NCBI GenBank assembly: GCA_964636215.1
Contig: CAZWRJ010000006.1
Span: 1-39,802 of the forward strand
Reading direction: 5' to 3'
Origin: an uncultured Candidatus Saccharibacteria bacterium
GTDB taxonomy: Bacteria > Patescibacteriota > Saccharimonadia > Saccharimonadales > CAZJQT01
Length of the DNA stretch: 39,802 nt
Shown: positions 1 through 8,931 of the stretch, one piece after another
Layout of the letters: each line of letters begins with the position of its first letter
Position numbering within the stretch: the first letter of the stretch is position 1
The notes under the pieces: model-generated
Told to the model about the DNA's origin: nothing
Databases searched by the model: none
What the model saw: only the letters and a program-made list of their open reading frames with translations
Program-made: the position numbers and the translations under genes

Positions 1-66
1 GACGCGCTAGCTTCAGGAGCTAGTGAGAGCAATCTCGTGGAGGTTCAAGTCCTCTCCCGCGCACCA
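1..66 (+). tRNA. tRNA-Leu(CAG), 5' end cut off by window edge
   Basis: Anticodon arm CTAGC-TTCAGGA-GCTAG, long variable arm, T-arm GGAGG-TTCAAGT-CCTCT, encoded CCA ending at 66. Confidence 0.93.
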
Positions 67-95
67 AGTAATTTGACAAAACCTACGCTTAATAA

Positions 96-172
96 GGGTG
101 ATTAGCTCAGTTGGCTAGAGCGCCTCGTTTACACCGAGGAGGTCGGGGGTTCGAGCCCCTCATCACCCACCA
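96..172 (+). tRNA. tRNA-Val(TAC)
   Basis: Acceptor stem GGGTGAT/ATCACCC, anticodon arm CCTCG-TTTACAC-CGAGG, TTCGAG T-loop, ACCA end. Confidence 0.96.
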
Positions 173-187
173 AATAACTAGAATTTA

Positions 188-1825
188 TCAACTTAGCGGT
201 AAGTGATCATAGAAGTGAGATAAGTCATATTCCTCGCGGAGTAATGGCTTAACATCGTTGATGCTAACATTGATTTTAACTCCTGGGTTTAGGATCCCGT
301 ATGGGTCAAAGATCTTCTTAACTTGTGTGAATAAATCATAGGCTTTGTCACCATAAAGTTTCTTGAGAAACGGACCTCTCAGCCGCCCGTCACCATGCTG
401 TCCAGTAGTGCTACCTCCTAGACTCAAAATCAAAGTGTAATAATCTTCTAGTAATCTAAATAGTTTTTGACGATCACCAACCTGGGCCAAGTTAAGCAGC
501 GGCTGAATGTGCAAATTAGCGTTGCCGGCGTGTCCCCAAACAGCAATTGGCATTCGCTGTCTGTCGAAGATATCGTAAATTGACTCCAGAAATTCACTGA
601 ATTTTTCGACCGGTACCACACCATCCTCAATTACCGGCACGGCTCTAGCGCCGCCTTCATGGTGTGATAGCCAACTAGTTACGGCCTCGCGCATTTTCCA
701 TAGTTGCTCTTTTTTTTCTGGTTCCGTTTCAACTTGGTAGGTAACGTTGTTACGTTTCAGAAGCTTGGTGGTACGCTTAGCCATTCTCTTTTGTGTGCGT
801 TCCGCACCGTTGTCAAATTCAATAAATAGCACTAGCTTAGGTAAGGGTTGTTCCACAATACCTTTAAGTAGGTTGGGGTGACGAGCTTCAACGAAAGCTA
901 GAAGTTGGCCATCAATCATTTCCACTTTGGCTGGCTGTTCTGGTAGTTTGCCTAGTTCTGTGATAACGGTTTGTGCAGTGGAAATATCCGACACGAAAGC
1001 AGCAATTAAGGTGGTATTAGGGTTATAGGGTTGAGTCTCGAGCGTTGCCTCAGTAACTATGCCTAGGGTTCCTTGAGATCCAACAATTAACGGCGTAAGG
1101 TCGAATGAACCATCTTTGTTCTTCACTTTATCAAGTGCGTAGCCGGCTGAGTTTTTACTAACCCCTAGTACTGATTCTTTGATAAGCGCGGAGTTTTCTT
1201 CAATGAGCACGTCTAGTTGACGATAAATTTCACCCTCAAGACTTGATAGTCCTAATTTTTTATTAAATTCACGTTTACTAAGCCTTTGGGTTTCAATCAC
1301 CTCACCGTTTGATAAAACAACACGAAGACGTTTGACCAAATCTCGGGTGGAACCATACTTGAGACTACGTTCACCTCCTGCGTTGTTAGCTATAGCACCA
1401 CCTAGAGTACTGTACTCCAAAGAGGCAGGATATGATGGCAGGAAACGATTATGAGTGAACAGAGTTTGTTGCAGCTTTCCATAAACAATTCCAGGTTCTA
1501 TTGTCACTTTGCCTGATTTACTTTCAAGCTCCAAAATGCGGTGCATGTGAGCTGGGAAAACTAAGACAATACCACTGCCTAGGGCCGCACCACTTTGGTC
1601 AGTACCCAGCCCGCGGGCGGTTATTGGAATAATTCTGCCACGCTCCGCCAGCTGCCAACTAAAACGGGCTGTTTTACGAACATCGTTTTCACCTTTAGGG
1701 TAAACAATGATCGATGGCGACAGAGTAAAAATACTGGCATCTGTAGAGAAATAAGCCCGGGCATCGGCGCCAGTCATCACTTCTCCCAGTAAATGTTCTT
1801 GAAGATAATGGGCTACTTTGCTCAT
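188..1825 (-). CDS. FAD-binding oxidoreductase (GlcD / D-lactate / D-2-hydroxyacid dehydrogenase family)
   Basis: FAD_binding_4-type motifs (ARGLGTDQSG, STLGGAIANNAGG, GSQGTLGIVTE) and C-terminal GHAGNANLH, GQHGDG, FDPYGILNPG. Start taken at MSKVAH (1825); the ORF extends to 1843. Confidence 0.85.
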   Translation of the reverse strand: MSKVAHYLQEHLLGEVMTGADARAYFSTDASIFTLSPSIIVYPKGENDVRKTARFSWQLAERGRIIPITARGLGTDQSGAALGSGIVLVFPAHMHRILELESKSGKVTIEPGIVYGKLQQTLFTHNRFLPSYPASLEYSTLGGAIANNAGGERSLKYGSTRDLVKRLRVVLSNGEVIETQRLSKREFNKKLGLSSLEGEIYRQLDVLIEENSALIKESVLGVSKNSAGYALDKVKNKDGSFDLTPLIVGSQGTLGIVTEATLETQPYNPNTTLIAAFVSDISTAQTVITELGKLPEQPAKVEMIDGQLLAFVEARHPNLLKGIVEQPLPKLVLFIEFDNGAERTQKRMAKRTTKLLKRNNVTYQVETEPEKKEQLWKMREAVTSWLSHHEGGARAVPVIEDGVVPVEKFSEFLESIYDIFDRQRMPIAVWGHAGNANLHIQPLLNLAQVGDRQKLFRLLEDYYTLILSLGGSTTGQHGDGRLRGPFLKKLYGDKAYDLFTQVKKIFDPYGILNPGVKINVSINDVKPLLREEYDLSHFYDHLPLS

Positions 1826-1902
1826 AAAACCCCCGAAACCCATTGATTAAGCGTTAGCATGCTTGATATATGATAACAAAAAACTGTTCAGCCAGTATGT
1901 TT

Positions 1903-1987
1903 TGGTGCGCGAGAGAGGACTTGAACCTCCACGCCCGAAGGCACAGCCACCTCAAGGCTGCGTGTATACCAATTTCACCACTCGCGC
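1903..1987 (-). tRNA. tRNA-Leu(GAG)
   Basis: Reverse complement reads GCGCGAG...CAGCC-TTGAGGT-GGCTG, long variable arm, GGTTCAAGTCC, CTCGCGC-ACCA. Confidence 0.96.
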
Positions 1988-2038
1988 TTGTCAGAACCGT
2001 GGTGTTATCTTAGCGAACATTGACCAGTGGCCGCAAGT

Positions 2039-3829
2039 CTAGTCAGCTATGACTTCGTGACCCTCCCTGATCATCCACTTGTCAACGTTAGAAAAACGAT
2101 CGGTTGCGGAGTTAATACTAACGGGTTTGAAGTTATAGATCGATTCATCACTAATGTACAAAAATCGTGGCTGATAGAACACAACTCCTGGGGCGTCTCC
2201 CCGCCAAGTACTTAAGAAAGCTCGATATTTTGCTGATCGTACTGCTGGGCTTAAACGGCTACGTCCGGCTTCTAGAGCGGTGTCACTGGCTTTTGAACGA
2301 TAGTTGGAGAAGTTTAGGCGATTGGCCGATAACGGATTAGCTTGGCTGCTGTGCCAATAAGCAAAGACATCGGGGTCTACTCCGATAGATATACTATTTA
2401 GCAATACATCATAGTTGCGACTTTTGATGGTTTGCTGCAGCTGGTCTGAGGTTTGTAGAATAACTTCCACCTTAGCTCCCAACGCTTGCCAGGCAGTTTG
2501 TAGATCTTGGGCGACCCTTTCATTATCAGACGTATTCTGGGCATAAAGAGAGATGACTAAAGGTACTTTATGCTTATAGCGAAGTTGGTCAGTGGGCGAT
2601 CGGTGCCAGCCATTTTTATCCAACAACTGATTTGAGATTTTGGGGTTAAAACTTAGTTGCTTAAATCTGGGGCTATATCCCAACTGAGAGCGAAGTAATG
2701 GTTCATCAGCTTTAACAGTTGGATAGCCAAGACTGTTTTGAACCTCAGCGACATTTACTGCTCTAGTTAGGGCCTGTCGAACGCCTAGATTTTCTAAAAA
2801 TTTGGAATCAGTTCTGAAAAAAGCAATCGTTTCAGCAGTTAAGGGAACATTAGAAATGTGCAGACGAGTGTCTTTAGTGTATTGTTCTGGCACTTTATCT
2901 AGGCCAACCATGGCGTTTACCTGTTTGTGTTTAAACCCGGCAATTAATTTATCTTCACTGGCATAGGTTTTCACCACAAATTGGTCGAGTTTCGGTTTGC
3001 CAGCTTGATAGCCATCGAAAGGGACTAGCCCAATGTGTTGCTCAAGCTCTTCTGGACTTTTACCACTTACTTCTACTGTTTGCCAACTAAATGGTCCTGC
3101 CCCAACAGGGTTAGTGGTGTTAAAAGCGGCTGAGCGTAAATCGGCAGGATCAACGTCGCTTAAACTATGCGCTGGAATAATACCAACGGTCAGACCATAA
3201 ACGAATGAAGCTAGAGCACTTGGTAGTTTAAAAACCACAGTACGTTGGTCTATAGCCTGGACATTGATGCCCCGCCAACTACTAAAAAGTGGCGAACCAG
3301 CGTCGGGATTTTGAATGCGATGGAAAGTAAATACCACGTCACTAGCTGTCAACGGCTGACCATCCTGCCAAGTCAAATTAGGCTTCAGGGTAACGGTATA
3401 AATTTTGCCAGCCGGATCACTCTTCCACTTTTGGGCTAAGTCACCAACTATATGATTGGATTGATTATATTTCAGTAGCCCGGCAAAGATTAGCCGTGAG
3501 ACGGTAGTATCCACCAGGCTGGTGGCATACATAGGGTTAGCATTAGTAAAACTGCCGATCAAACCCTCGCTATAACTTCCGCCGGCCACCGGCTCGAGCT
3601 TTTTATAATAATGTCCGAGTTGTTTGGTCTGGATAACCAAAAGGCTACCAAGTAAAACTAAAAGAAAAATCCAGCTAGCTACAAAACGGCCAACTTGCGG
3701 CAACCGGGTGAGTCGACGTATAAATTGTTGCTCGAGACGTTCCTCGGCCTGGCTACCAATATCCTCAACTTGTATACGACTAAGGCGTAGCCGTCGACGC
3801 CAACGTAATTTGGTGGGGCGGTTGATCAT
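2039..3829 (-). CDS. ABC transporter peptide-binding protein (OppA/DppA, SBP family 5), N-terminally membrane anchored
   Basis: GDLAQKW...YTVTLKPNLTWQDGQPLTASDVVFTF signature, PVGAGPF, VRQALTRAVN; hydrophobic segment at about aa 48-66. Confidence 0.88.
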   Translation of the reverse strand: MINRPTKLRWRRRLRLSRIQVEDIGSQAEERLEQQFIRRLTRLPQVGRFVASWIFLLVLLGSLLVIQTKQLGHYYKKLEPVAGGSYSEGLIGSFTNANPMYATSLVDTTVSRLIFAGLLKYNQSNHIVGDLAQKWKSDPAGKIYTVTLKPNLTWQDGQPLTASDVVFTFHRIQNPDAGSPLFSSWRGINVQAIDQRTVVFKLPSALASFVYGLTVGIIPAHSLSDVDPADLRSAAFNTTNPVGAGPFSWQTVEVSGKSPEELEQHIGLVPFDGYQAGKPKLDQFVVKTYASEDKLIAGFKHKQVNAMVGLDKVPEQYTKDTRLHISNVPLTAETIAFFRTDSKFLENLGVRQALTRAVNVAEVQNSLGYPTVKADEPLLRSQLGYSPRFKQLSFNPKISNQLLDKNGWHRSPTDQLRYKHKVPLVISLYAQNTSDNERVAQDLQTAWQALGAKVEVILQTSDQLQQTIKSRNYDVLLNSISIGVDPDVFAYWHSSQANPLSANRLNFSNYRSKASDTALEAGRSRLSPAVRSAKYRAFLSTWRGDAPGVVFYQPRFLYISDESIYNFKPVSINSATDRFSNVDKWMIREGHEVIAD

Positions 3830-3841
3830 AAACTAAAAAAT

Positions 3842-4054
3842 TTAACTCAGTATTCCTACCAAGATGGAAGAAGTAAATATTACCGCTAAAATTATGGTCA
3901 TTTGGTGAAGGGTTTTATCCGAACCTCTTCGTACAGTATTAACTTCCCCACCTCCACCCAACCCCGCACCCAGTGTGGCTCCACGAGTTTGAATCAATAT
4001 AAGAATGGTCATCAGTAACATTGAGACGATTGTAATGTAGTTATATATGCTCAT
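3842..4054 (-). CDS. secG: Preprotein translocase subunit SecG
   Basis: 70 aa, two TM helices joined by the ILIQTRGATLGAGLGGG...RRGSDKTL loop typical of SecG. Confidence 0.9.
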   Translation of the reverse strand: MSIYNYITIVSMLLMTILILIQTRGATLGAGLGGGGEVNTVRRGSDKTLHQMTIILAVIFTSSILVGILS

Positions 4055-4058
4055 TTGT

Positions 4059-4445
4059 TTAACGCTTATCTAAAATTGTTGTCACCAGATAGTTTACCAA
4101 GCCAATCACCATACCAGCAAGCATTGCAGCACCAAAATTGGTCACCTTAAGTGGTGAATATAACCAACTGACAAGTAAAACCATTAGTCCATTAATGACT
4201 ATCATGAACAGGCCCAGGCTAAATAGGATGGCCGGTAGTGAAAGAAGTATGACAATTGGTTTAATAATGGCATTAACTAGAGCCAGGATCAGACCAGCAA
4301 TTAATATAACTCCTAATCGACTATCGTAAGTGATTCTTTCGCCTAAAACACCAGCCGCAATCCATAGACCTAAACTGCAAACAAACCACCTAAGCAATAA
4401 TCGACCAATCGGCCCGCTTTGCATAAGCATTATTGTATCATTCAT
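4059..4445 (-). CDS. Four-TM membrane protein, YvlD / phage holin superfamily IV-like
   Basis: LALVNAIIKPIVILLSLPAILFSLGLFMIVING motif; ATGA overlap with the pepP stop. Confidence 0.8.
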   Translation of the reverse strand: MNDTIMLMQSGPIGRLLLRWFVCSLGLWIAAGVLGERITYDSRLGVILIAGLILALVNAIIKPIVILLSLPAILFSLGLFMIVINGLMVLLVSWLYSPLKVTNFGAAMLAGMVIGLVNYLVTTILDKR

Positions 4446-5659
4446 TTGGGCAGTTTAGCGCTGAGTACTTTTGCTCCTTCAGGAGTAATTAGTACGTCGT
4501 CTTCGATACGCACACCAATACCTTCTTCGGGTATATAAATACCAGGCTCGACGGTTATAACGACATTTGGACTCAAGGGTTGTTCATAGTCACCAGCATC
4601 ATGAGGATCTAAGCCCAAGAAATGTGATGCAGCGTGTGGGAAATAATGCCTTACGTTTTCGCGGTTGATGATTTTGATCAGTCCTAATTCGCGTAGTTTT
4701 TCACCCATGAATTGGACGACTTTCTGCTCAGTCTCTTTAACTAAGATACCCGGTTTGAGTTGACTGATGGCAAAGATTTGGACTTCCAAAACAGCATTAT
4801 AAACGGCTTTTTGACGACGGGTCATGGACTTATTTATAGCCAGAGTACGAGTGATGTCAGCAGCATAATGTTCAACTTCAGCGCCAATATCAATTACCAG
4901 TAGCTCGCCATTTACTAGCGGCGTTGACGAGGCTTGGGCATGGAGTACAGCGGCTTTGGCTCCTGGAGCGACCATTGGTTTCCAGGCGTTATCTGCGTTA
5001 TGCCTTAAAAAATACTCAGTTATGACCGCTTCAACTTCGTAGTCAAACTTAAGTCTGGGTAATTTGGTACTGACTCTCTTTAGGGCACCAATAGTCAGAT
5101 CAATAGCCGCTTGTACAGCCATTATTTCCGGTGGCTGTTTGATCATACGCATATGATTTAAGTGCTGTTTTAGGTCTAGTAGCTCCAGTTGGGGATTGAT
5201 TTGTTTTAAGCGACGTATCAAATGACGACGCGCCGGATTGGTATACAGTCCGTACATCTCTATATAGGCTGGGCTAGGCGCCAGTGTGGCAACATGCTTG
5301 ACTCGTTTTAACCTAGTGCCGAGTTCTTTCCAGCCGTCTTTTTGATTTAATACTGTGTCTATGCCAGAGCTTTTAGATAGCCGCTCGGCAGATAAACTGC
5401 CGTCAAAGCTGTGTTGATAATCAGACTGATCTGGAAGTATTAAATACTCCTTGGATTTGTCTAGAACTAAAATTACTCCCGCGTCATCAATGCCAGTTAG
5501 ATACCAAAAACTGCTGTCTTGTCGAAAAGGATAACCAACATCACTATTACGCTGCAATAAGCCATGGGCTGTAACCACAATCGGGGCAGTTCCACTGAAC
5601 AGTGTACGCAGACGTTGGCGGTTTCCTTGGAAAAATTCCACCCCAAACAAATCAGTCAT
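4442..5659 (-). CDS. pepP: Xaa-Pro aminopeptidase (M24B)
   Basis: FRQDSSFWYLTG N-domain; metal ligands in DIGAE, YAADITRT, SHFLGLDPHD, TVEPGIY, GVRIEDD. Confidence 0.92.
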   Translation of the reverse strand: MTDLFGVEFFQGNRQRLRTLFSGTAPIVVTAHGLLQRNSDVGYPFRQDSSFWYLTGIDDAGVILVLDKSKEYLILPDQSDYQHSFDGSLSAERLSKSSGIDTVLNQKDGWKELGTRLKRVKHVATLAPSPAYIEMYGLYTNPARRHLIRRLKQINPQLELLDLKQHLNHMRMIKQPPEIMAVQAAIDLTIGALKRVSTKLPRLKFDYEVEAVITEYFLRHNADNAWKPMVAPGAKAAVLHAQASSTPLVNGELLVIDIGAEVEHYAADITRTLAINKSMTRRQKAVYNAVLEVQIFAISQLKPGILVKETEQKVVQFMGEKLRELGLIKIINRENVRHYFPHAASHFLGLDPHDAGDYEQPLSPNVVITVEPGIYIPEEGIGVRIEDDVLITPEGAKVLSAKLPK

Positions 5660-5710
5660 AATTAGTAACCCTCTATTATAGCAAATAACCCTAAGTTTAG
5701 GTTACGGACG

Positions 5711-7201
5711 CTACTTGAAGTATTTTATTAGAACAGTTGTTTTTTTAGGACCAAGTAACTTAGTTAGTTCAGCCTCCGAAGCTTGTTCAACAGCCCGCAT
5801 ACTTCCAAAACTTCTGATTAGTTTACGACGAGTTGCTGGACCAAAACCCGGTAAGTCGTCAAGTGCACTGGCTGTTTGACGTTTCACCTTTAGCGATGAA
5901 TGGTAGCTGATAGCAAAACGATGTGATTCATCGCGTATTCGCTGCAAGAGTTTTACTAGGTTAGTGTTGGTTGGTAGATTAACCAACAGGTATTCTCCAG
6001 TCTCGGTAGTGAATCCCCCCAATTTTTGTAAAATAACTAGGTTAAGGGTTACATTTGATTTGGCTTTATGAATAACGATTTGTTCTTCGCGCTTTGCCAA
6101 GCCAATAAAGGAAATGGTAGTCTGCAAGGCGTCGTCACGAGCCCGAATGGCAGCATCGAGTTGCCCTTTGCCGCCGTCTATTAGAACTAGATCTGGCAAT
6201 CCCCATCTCCTGCGATTAGTTTCTGAAAGTCGGCGACTAAGTGTTTCGTTCATGTTATAAAAATCGTTGTTTTGATCTTTTTTCATCTTAAATTTGCGAT
6301 ATTCGCCCTTATTACTGACTCCGTTAGTAAAAACCACCATGCTAGCAACTACATCTCTTCCTTGCTGATGTGAGATATCATAGCCCTCAATTCGCCTTGG
6401 AGAGCTTGTCAGTCCAAAAAGTTCAACTAACTCACTCAGGGCATAGTCTTTGCTAATATCCAGAAACTCTTTATCACTGAAAATAACTTGTTGGCTAAGG
6501 CGACGTAGTGCAAACAATTGATTACGTGCTCTGGCAGCGGCTTCAAATTTAGAACTTTTGGCTAATTGCTTCATTTCTTTTTCAAGTTCGCGCTCAATTG
6601 ATTTGCGCTTACCTTCGATTACCGCCATTAGTCGGCGTAGATTAGCCCGATAATCTTCCAAACTGGTTTTGCCCTCTTCAAGGCCCGGGTCAAGTCCCAG
6701 GTGATAATGTAAGCTAGCGCGTTTATTACCGATCGGCCGTTTAGTGGCAAACGGAAAAGCTCGTCTAAGTAATCTAAGAGCTTGACGAATACTTAGGGCA
6801 CTTAAGTAAGGGCCGAAGTAACGAGCACCGTCGTCAAGTGGTCGACGCGTAGTAGTAACGGTTGGGTAATCACTGTTGTAATCGATTCGCACGTAAACCA
6901 TCGATTTGTCGTCACGGAGCAAGATATTATAAGGAGGCATGTAGCGTCTTATTAACTCGCCTTCTAGAAACAGGGCATCAAGTTCCGAATCAACTACCAC
7001 CCAATCAACATCGGCTATTTCCGCCACTAAAGCATCAGTTTTGGGATCCTTTTGGCGACTCGACTGAAAATATTGGCGAACTCGATTTTTAAGTACAGCT
7101 GCTTTCCCAACATAAATAATTTCACCCTGGCTATTTTTGTGAAAATAAACGCCAGGTGAGTTTGGTAGAGTATTGAGCTTATTTTGTAACTTGCTTTTCA
7201 C
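5711..7201 (-). CDS. uvrC: Excinuclease ABC subunit C
   Basis: GIY-YIG domain (PGVY...IIYVGKA), UVR coil, RIEGYDISH, LIDGGKGQL, RIRDESHRFA, C-terminal HhH. Confidence 0.96.
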   Translation of the reverse strand: MKSKLQNKLNTLPNSPGVYFHKNSQGEIIYVGKAAVLKNRVRQYFQSSRQKDPKTDALVAEIADVDWVVVDSELDALFLEGELIRRYMPPYNILLRDDKSMVYVRIDYNSDYPTVTTTRRPLDDGARYFGPYLSALSIRQALRLLRRAFPFATKRPIGNKRASLHYHLGLDPGLEEGKTSLEDYRANLRRLMAVIEGKRKSIERELEKEMKQLAKSSKFEAAARARNQLFALRRLSQQVIFSDKEFLDISKDYALSELVELFGLTSSPRRIEGYDISHQQGRDVVASMVVFTNGVSNKGEYRKFKMKKDQNNDFYNMNETLSRRLSETNRRRWGLPDLVLIDGGKGQLDAAIRARDDALQTTISFIGLAKREEQIVIHKAKSNVTLNLVILQKLGGFTTETGEYLLVNLPTNTNLVKLLQRIRDESHRFAISYHSSLKVKRQTASALDDLPGFGPATRRKLIRSFGSMRAVEQASEAELTKLLGPKKTTVLIKYFK

Positions 7202-7226
7202 GCCTTGTATTATACGACTGTCATAC

Positions 7227-8702
7227 CTAAGATTGGCTGAAAAGGAAGACGATCAGCAGAATAGATATCACTATAGCCAACGTGACTCCAATTAAAACTG
7301 GTGTCGGAACACGAGATTTTGAGCTATGGGGCGCTGAATCTGAGTATGAGTGTCCGCCGTATAGAGATGGTGCTTCATTTAAAACAATACCTTTAGCTGC
7401 TAGGGCCTCGGCCAGTGGATCAACTTTAGTTCTGACAATTGTTTGATCCTTATCAAGTTGAATTGAACGATCAAATTCTGGACTCAGTAAATTATCACTC
7501 AGTAGTCGTTCATAGCGTTCACCTTTTAGGTGAGATTGGACTATACGACGTAAACTCTCTTCGTTCAAACGTCCGGTTTCAAAAAGCTTCTTGAGTGTGC
7601 TGTTTTCGACTTTAATCTGCTCGGCGATAATTAGTAGTTCAGCTACTGTCATTAATTCAACTGGTTTAATCCGGTTTTCGGACTTCGTTAGCTGGTCGAG
7701 TTCTTTGCTGGAAATAGTTGGTTTTTGTTCAAGTTTTTCGGGAGTCATTTCTGGGTTTAACTGTTTTTTATGTCTAGCTTCCAGGCGTTCTATAATTTCG
7801 ACCTGTTTGACTAGTGACTGCGACTTGAGTTGATCACGGGTACGACGGCGTATTTCGTGTTCTTTTCTAAGAACCTGGTCATGCAAAGTCTTAACTTCTT
7901 CTTCCAGCTTTTGCTGAATAGGTAATAGTTTCTTTTCGGTGTTTATGCGCCCTCTACGGCGTCCTATTAGGTAACCAAGAATGCCACCTACTAGGGCTGC
8001 ACCGGCTGTTGAACCTTGTTCAAAATCATTCTCAGGTTCCTTTTCGGGCGTGATAGAAGTTGGATACACAGCTTCCGGTCTTGGTGCGATCAATTCTTCA
8101 GCTCTTGTTATCGACCCAACATCTGCTATGTCCTCCTCGAGGGGTGGGCTGCTTTCTACCACCACCGTTGGCGGAATTATCGGTGGTTTAGATGAAGTGG
8201 CCGCATGCTCGGCATCTTCTTCGGGTAGATCAACAACTGGCTCCGCTTCATAGCCTGTGATTGGTTCCGGAATTTCATCTGCCAGTTCCATGTCTTCCGA
8301 TTCGTCACTATCAATTTCCTGGATAGTTTGCTCAGCTATATTATCTATATCTGTTTCATCTATCTCTTGGTGCTGATCGGCAAAGGTCTCAAGGTTGTCG
8401 TAAAAGACATCGACAGCTATTGCTTCAGCTTCTTCTATGCTCCCTGCTTCGGCTTTTTCGGTCTCTTCATCAATTTCTTCTCTTTTTTTAGGCAGCAAAT
8501 CCTTGATAACTAGTTTCTTTTCGTCACCTGCTAGTTCGTCATCTGGTGGTTGCTTATCTTTTTTCTCTTGATCATCAGCCAACAATTTTTCCCAAATTGT
8601 CAGTTTTTTGTCCTTTTTTTTATCGGTACTTTTTTTGCTATCATCAAGCTTCTCCGGATCGTCATCAGGACCTGCTTCTGGAAAATAAATAAACTCGGAC
8701 AT
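7227..8702 (-). CDS. Hypothetical membrane protein with acidic N-terminal half, internal Gly-rich hydrophobic helix, coiled coil and C-terminal TM
   Basis: 491 aa ORF with its own -10 box (TACAAT 8 nt upstream); AGAALVGGILGYLIGRRRGR internal segment; VLIGVTLAIVISILLIVFLF tail. Confidence 0.75.
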   Translation of the reverse strand: MSEFIYFPEAGPDDDPEKLDDSKKSTDKKKDKKLTIWEKLLADDQEKKDKQPPDDELAGDEKKLVIKDLLPKKREEIDEETEKAEAGSIEEAEAIAVDVFYDNLETFADQHQEIDETDIDNIAEQTIQEIDSDESEDMELADEIPEPITGYEAEPVVDLPEEDAEHAATSSKPPIIPPTVVVESSPPLEEDIADVGSITRAEELIAPRPEAVYPTSITPEKEPENDFEQGSTAGAALVGGILGYLIGRRRGRINTEKKLLPIQQKLEEEVKTLHDQVLRKEHEIRRRTRDQLKSQSLVKQVEIIERLEARHKKQLNPEMTPEKLEQKPTISSKELDQLTKSENRIKPVELMTVAELLIIAEQIKVENSTLKKLFETGRLNEESLRRIVQSHLKGERYERLLSDNLLSPEFDRSIQLDKDQTIVRTKVDPLAEALAAKGIVLNEAPSLYGGHSYSDSAPHSSKSRVPTPVLIGVTLAIVISILLIVFLFSQS

Positions 8703-8737
8703 ATTGCCTTATTGTACAACACCTGAGCCTAAGGAGT

Positions 8738-8766
8738 TTGACCTCTATGACTGGTTGAAGTATAAT
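8738..8766 (+). promoter_or_regulatory. Sigma70-type promoter of the ABC exporter
   Basis: TTGACC (8738-8743), 17 nt spacer, TATAAT (8761-8766). Confidence 0.75.
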
Positions 8767-8808
8767 TGGCCTCACTGTTCATAAATTTAAAGGAAGGGCC
8801 GGTAAGCC

Positions 8809-8859
8809 ATGTTGGTAAAAACGAATTTTTGTAGTGCTCGCCGCGCCGTGCGGTGCTAG
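8809..8859 (+). CDS. Putative leader peptide (uORF) MLVKTNFCSARRAVRC
   Basis: ATG..TAG of 17 codons inside the 5' leader, preceded by purine-rich AAGGAAGG; its 3' codons are complementary to the downstream SD region. Confidence 0.5.
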   Translation: MLVKTNFCSARRAVRC

Positions 8860-8931
8860 CCGCTCTTTAGTAAAAGCTCGCTTAAAATCACATTCAGTTA
8901 AAAATAAATCACGGGCGGGAGGCTCGTGACT

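Noticed and set aside
73-95. TTGACA between the first two tRNAs
   Set aside because: No -10 hexamer at 16-18 nt spacing before the tRNA-Val start.
36-1933. 31 nt inverted repeat (36-66 and 1903-1933, one mismatch) flanking tRNA-Val and the oxidoreductase
   Set aside because: Both copies are the 3' ends of paralogous tRNA-Leu genes, and no recombinase is present, so these are not att sites or an invertible element.
4059-4445. Holin-family gene as evidence of a prophage
   Set aside because: YvlD-type proteins are common chromosomal genes; it is coupled to pepP and secG, and no phage genes are nearby.
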